The notes below the pieces were generated by a model. That model was not told the DNA's origin. It did not search any database and saw nothing but the letters and a program-made list of their open reading frames with translations. The position numbers and the translations under genes were made by a program. Below are positions 63,294 through 64,000 of a stretch of 64,000 bases of DNA, one piece after another. Location of the stretch: assembly GCA_964016885.1 (NCBI GenBank), contig OZ024756.1, positions 21,328,001 to 21,392,000 on the forward strand. The letters run 5' to 3'. The first letter of the stretch is position 1. Every line of letters begins with the position of its first letter. The DNA comes from Eledone cirrhosa (Eukaryota).

Positions 63294-63882
63294 TTTTGCT
63301 TGAAGCATTGTTGAATAGAAAACACAAATTTAAATAATTTTGAAAACCAAACAATGCATTAGAAAGAATATTAAATCGCTAAGATAACAAAAGAATCTTG
63401 CCTTAGCAAATTTAATGATCCCAAATATTTTCGGGTTTAAAAACCCATTATCAAGAGAGTAACCCTATGAGAGACTTAAAAAAAATCGATCGGCGTTGAC
63501 TTGCTTGTTTGGAGAGCAGATTTAAGTTAAGTGAGTAATTTCTCTGAAAAACAGTTCTGATTATCCAGAAAATGTATTTCTGGTTCTTATCCTATTCCAG
63601 TTATTTGGGCACTTGTTATATATGCATGAGTTTAAAGAAAAATTGTTAATTTATGTTAATTTATAACACAATTCTCTATCTGGTATACCGTACGGAACGG
63701 ATGACAAAAAACAAAAAAAAAGGAAATATAAATCCTTAATTTTTAATGGATTCGAACCTTCAACTCATGTTTTACATCCTCGTATCTAATAGAAAATACC
63801 GTAGAGAACGAAGAAGAAAAAAAAAACACTGAAAACTTGTGTCGTAGTTTATCAAGAAGACATTTTCTGATTGGATTAATAT

Positions 63883-64000
63883 AATTGTTTCTACTTTTGG
63901 CACAAGACCAGCAATTATCCCAGTGCATAATTTGTACTTTATTTTATCGACCCCGTAAGGATGAAAGGCAAAGTTAACCTCGGCGGGATTTGAACCCAGA
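63883..64000 (-). mobile_element. SINE family A, truncated by the window edge
   Basis: 3' end and core up to the B box. Confidence 0.85.

Overview
Eukaryotic, AT-rich, repeat-dominated DNA. By eye, roughly a quarter to a third is (AT)n, (AC)n or (AG)n microsatellite and derived arrays. The dominant tRNA-headed SINE and the repeat landscape resemble octopod cephalopod genomes (inference from recalled sequence style, not a database search). Almost every ORF in the supplied track is a microsatellite artefact. The supportable content is: more than 25 SINE copies or fragments from two families; decayed fragments of several non-LTR retrotransposon clades (RTE, L1/Tx1, CRE, R4/Dong-like, I-group/Vingi-like); small Tc1/mariner-type MITEs; several minisatellites; and one plausible terminal coding exon on the minus strand (5630-5900), perhaps with a 90-nt exon upstream. 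The most striking signal is a set of short, microsatellite-embedded dispersed elements carrying minimal hammerhead-ribozyme (HHR) motifs of the Penelope-like-element/retrozyme type, from several unrelated families. These elements repeatedly occur as long fold-back inverted repeats or partial tandem direct repeats. All ribozyme, exon and TE clade calls come from manual reading and need computational or experimental confirmation.
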